This document shows positions 60,691 through 64,000 of a DNA stretch of 64,000 nucleotides, piece after piece; position 1 is the first letter of the stretch; each line of letters opens with the position of its first letter. Under the pieces are notes generated by a model that was not told the origin of the DNA, made no database searches, and saw only the letters and a list, made by a program, of their open reading frames with translations. Position numbers and translations under genes: made by a program. The DNA comes from Eledone cirrhosa (lineage: Eukaryota). The stretch lies in assembly GCA_964016885.1 (NCBI GenBank), contig OZ024743.1, forward strand, positions 320,106,001 through 320,170,000. Direction: 5' to 3'.

Positions 60691-62950
60691 TTTACATCAA
60701 TATACCCCCTCCTGATGACCTTAAATTAAGACCCATAATACCAGGTACCACATGTGAAACCCACCGTCTAAGAAACTTCCTAGATATTCTGCTTAAACCT
60801 TTCCTAAAATACATAAAAAGCTTCATAAGGGATGACCTTGACGTGCTCAACCACCTCCCAACAACACTTAATAATGAACATACCCTACTAGTAACCTTTG
60901 ATGTCATCAATCTATATTCCAATATCCCATACAAACTAGGTATAGAGGCAATACAATTCTGGCTTGAAAATTTCCATAGTTAACTTCCACAACGCATCCC
61001 AAAAGAATTTGTGTTGGAGTGACTCAAATTCATCTTGGAAAACAACTTCTTCTAATTCGATGCCAAATACTACAGACAGAAATCTGGGACTGCCATGGGC
61101 ACGAAAGTAGCCCCCTCATACGCCAACCTTGTCATGGGATATTTGGAAACCATTCTCTACCGCAAATTCCTAGACAAATACGGTAACCACGTCTACCTAC
61201 ACATAGAAAAAACTGGAAGAGATATCTGGACGACTGCTTCTTCCTCTGGCATGAGAGTATAGAAACACTGATTGAGTTTAAAACCCTTCTAAATGGACTC
61301 AACACAAACTTACAATTTACAATGGATTACAGCCATGAACAACTCCCTTTCCTCGACATCCTGATCAAGAAAACAAACAACAAAGTAGAAACAGACATAT
61401 ACTACAAACTCACAGACTCCAAACAATATCTTCCATTTAACTCGTGTCATCCTCGCCATACCAAAATGGCAATTCCTTATAACCTAGCCAGAAGGATCTG
61501 CACAATAGTTTCAGATAAATACACTTGCTAAACATGACTAGAAGTATTAAAGAACACACTTATCAGCAGAAACTACTCACCATCCCTAATCAACAATGGA
61601 TTCCAACGTGCCCTAAAACTCAACATCCAGGAACTCAGACACCCCAAACCCAGGAATGAACCGCAACAGAAAACTCTACCATACATCTCCACACACAACC
61701 CCGTCAACAATGAGGCATTCGATACCATCCTCCAGAACATTCCTTTACTAAAAAGAGACCCAAGAATGAACAAAATCCTCCAAACACACAACATCATAAA
61801 GAGCAAAAGGCAACCTATATCCATAAAAAACATCCTCAGACAAGCCAAAATCCAACCAACCCTCACAATGAAACCTACAGTAAAAGAAATGCGGAAGGCC
61901 CAACTGTGGTATTTGCATAAATCTAATAGAAGGTTCAACATTCCATTTTAAACAAGGACAACATTTCACAGTTAATGTGCATGTGCATCGGAAAATCTAA
62001 TCTATGATTTGACCTGCTCAGGTTGTCGAGAGCACTAAATAGGACAGACAAAAAACAGCCTCCGACAACGTTTGACCGTCCATAGATCACAAATCAAAAT
62101 ACAGGAATACAGAAAGATTGCTTTTAGTGAACATATCGCCAATTGTACACCTAACCAACATCGAAACTTTAAAATTTTCCCCATTTACAAATTCATAGAC
62201 AACGCTTCTTTCATCCATCGTACCAATAAGGAAACGTACTTCATTAACAAATTCCAACCTCTACTTAATGGACTAAACTTCGGACTAAACCAAAATTGGA
62301 ACGAACAATGAACCAAAGCCCAATTCCTATGTTCTCTAAAGAGTTACCTCCCTAACACCCTACCTAATCCTTTTTCTTATATATATGAATTACCCCGTCT
62401 CATTTCTCTCTCCCCTGCCTGACCACCCTGAATTACCCCCTCTCCCCTGTATATTAACTCTCTAAAAAGGGAAATCATATCAAACCCCAGACTGCTATTT
62501 TTCTCCATTATGGACCAACCAAGCGCTCTTGCCATAATAACACATTTTGAACTGCTTATTCTGAAAACTATGCCTGTAAATAATATTCCTTCTTTCCCAT
62601 TACCTTATTATGTTCCACATCACCCCCCTTTTTTTTCTTTTTTCTTTTTTCTTTTTTCTTTTTTCTTTTTTCTTTTTTCTTTTTTCTTTTTTTCTTTTTT
62701 CTTTTTTCTTTTTTCTTTTTTCTTTTTACTTCAAAAACCTTGTTTGTAAATAATATTATTCTTTCTTTCCCATTTATTTAACATGTTCAACATCACGTTA
62801 TTTTCTCTCCAACATTTTATACCAATACAAATTGCCCCCTTTGATAATGCATAAAATGCTGAAACTTGTAATAGACAATTATTAAATATATAAATAAATA
62901 AATAAATAAATGCCATTGTTAATTAATTAATTAATTAACTAATACCTTAA
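60691..62950 (+). mobile_element. 5'-truncated Neptune-like Penelope element
   Basis: LRPII, TFDVINLYSNIP, GTAMGT, LPFLDILI, SCHPRH; GIY-YIG NLIY.LTC.GC...IGQT...R...HR; 3' pLTR region. Confidence 0.88.
62830..62880 (+). ncRNA. Hammerhead candidate, U3-A8 variant, in the pLTR region
   Basis: AAUUG(ccccc)U-UUGAUAA-UGCAU(AAA)AUGCU-GAAA-CUUG-UA-A(uaga)CAAUU; the proximal part of stem I is weak. Confidence 0.55.
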
Positions 62951-63116
62951 CACTTCACACAAAGTAAAATATTTTGTTTTAAACATTTTCTAACCCAGAA
63001 AAAAAGAGAAAAGAATAAAAGGAAAAATATATATTTTTCTTCCTAATAATCGTCTTTTTCTCCCTATTTTCATATATATATATATTCCAACTCGTGTGCT
63101 CCTTCTCCACATTTTA

Positions 63117-63196
<80 letters not shown>

Positions 63197-63199
<3 letters not shown>

Positions 63200-63620
63200 T
63201 ATGAAGAGAGAAGAAACATTTAGATATAATTAGTAATAAAATGTATCATACCTAAACTGTTCCTAAATTCCTCGACTACGTAGTTTCGTGGCATAAACAA
63301 AAACAATATATCAAAGATATAGAGTCCTTGCGAGGTCTGCCGACTTATCAAGAGGATACCTCATTTTACTAGTCTCAAGAACGCGTCTACACGACGTGAG
63401 AAAGAATCCCAAAAGGCGGAGGGGGAGATAGTCACGCGATATAACGGTCGAGAAACAGAGCTAAGCCTCTTATAACCACGAAGAAAATACCACGGAGGCG
63501 GAGGGGGTATTCATATCGAGGCCGTAGAAGAGGTAGTGAAGAAGGCGAGAAGTATGAGTAATGGAAGCTTTCCAGTTGTCCCCACACTTCAAAGATTGCT
63601 CGACCAGAGGGAGTTATTAA
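63197..63620 (-). mobile_element. Second copy of the ORF-less hammerhead-bearing unit (homologous to 21954-22370), between (TA)n tracts
   Basis: Shares acattatgaagagagaagaaacatt...cgactacgtagttt...ctgccgacttatcaag...aaacagagctaagcc. Confidence 0.8.
63269..63356 (-). ncRNA. Type I hammerhead, U3-A8 variant, long stem II, intact core
   Basis: Reverse complement reads UCCUC-UUGAUAA-GUCGGCA...UGCCAC-GAAA-CUACGUAG-UC-GAGGA; GUC cleavage triplet. Confidence 0.82.
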
Positions 63621-63725
63621 TATATATATATATATAATGAAAAATTGAACAGGGACAGAACAGAGAGGCAGTACGATAAATGTTTATTAAATTCACGCTC
63701 AGGAGAGTGGGGGGTAGGTGGGGGA

Positions 63726-63780
<55 letters not shown>

Positions 63781-64000
63781 TATAGAATTAAATGATAATT
63801 GTGAAATAAGCTCAAGAGCACAGTTATACCTGTGTTCTCGGCATTGGCATAAAAGTCAAATCTATCATTAACTTATTTTGCACAATAGCTTGCTAGTGGA
63901 ATTTTCAGTGGGAGAGTATATTACTTGCATGGCTACGCGCGTGCCTGGGAGTAGGCCAGGTCATGTGTGTCTTTCAGCTATGTATTTCAACTAATACGTC

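Noticed and set aside
1-64000. CRISPR array, retron, DGR or other prokaryotic RT system
   Set aside because: There are no repeat-spacer arrays. All RTs have eukaryotic LINE or PLE domain contexts.

Overview
Eukaryotic, gene-poor window made almost entirely of transposable elements. The SINE family, AT-richness and abundant (TA)n/(GATA)n suggest an octopod cephalopod (inference). About 35 kb is Tx1/L1-clade non-LTR retrotransposons (ORF1 with a CCHC knuckle; ORF2 APE-RT-CCHC). All are disrupted, and most lie in head-to-tail arrays separated by (TATC)n. The window also holds four Penelope-like elements (RT + C-terminal GIY-YIG), RLE-type LINE relics (R4/Dong-like, CRE-like), RTE fragments, four tRNA-type SINEs, a pogo/Tigger-type MITE and a probable decayed host exon (PAN/apple-like). 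Three main observations stand out. (1) There are about 11 type-I hammerhead ribozyme motifs, folded by eye; six have the U3-A8 core variant and one pair shows stem-I covariation. They sit in PLE pseudo-LTRs and in ORF-less 0.2-0.6 kb 1.x-2.x-mer units embedded in (TA)n, which resemble retrozymes. (2) The Tx1 elements are associated with (GATA)n in a fixed orientation. (3) A consensus 5' splice site lies at the inferred ORF1 end in all five Tx1 ORF1/ORF2 junctions, with a candidate acceptor at the ORF2 stop. No database searches or folding programs were run.
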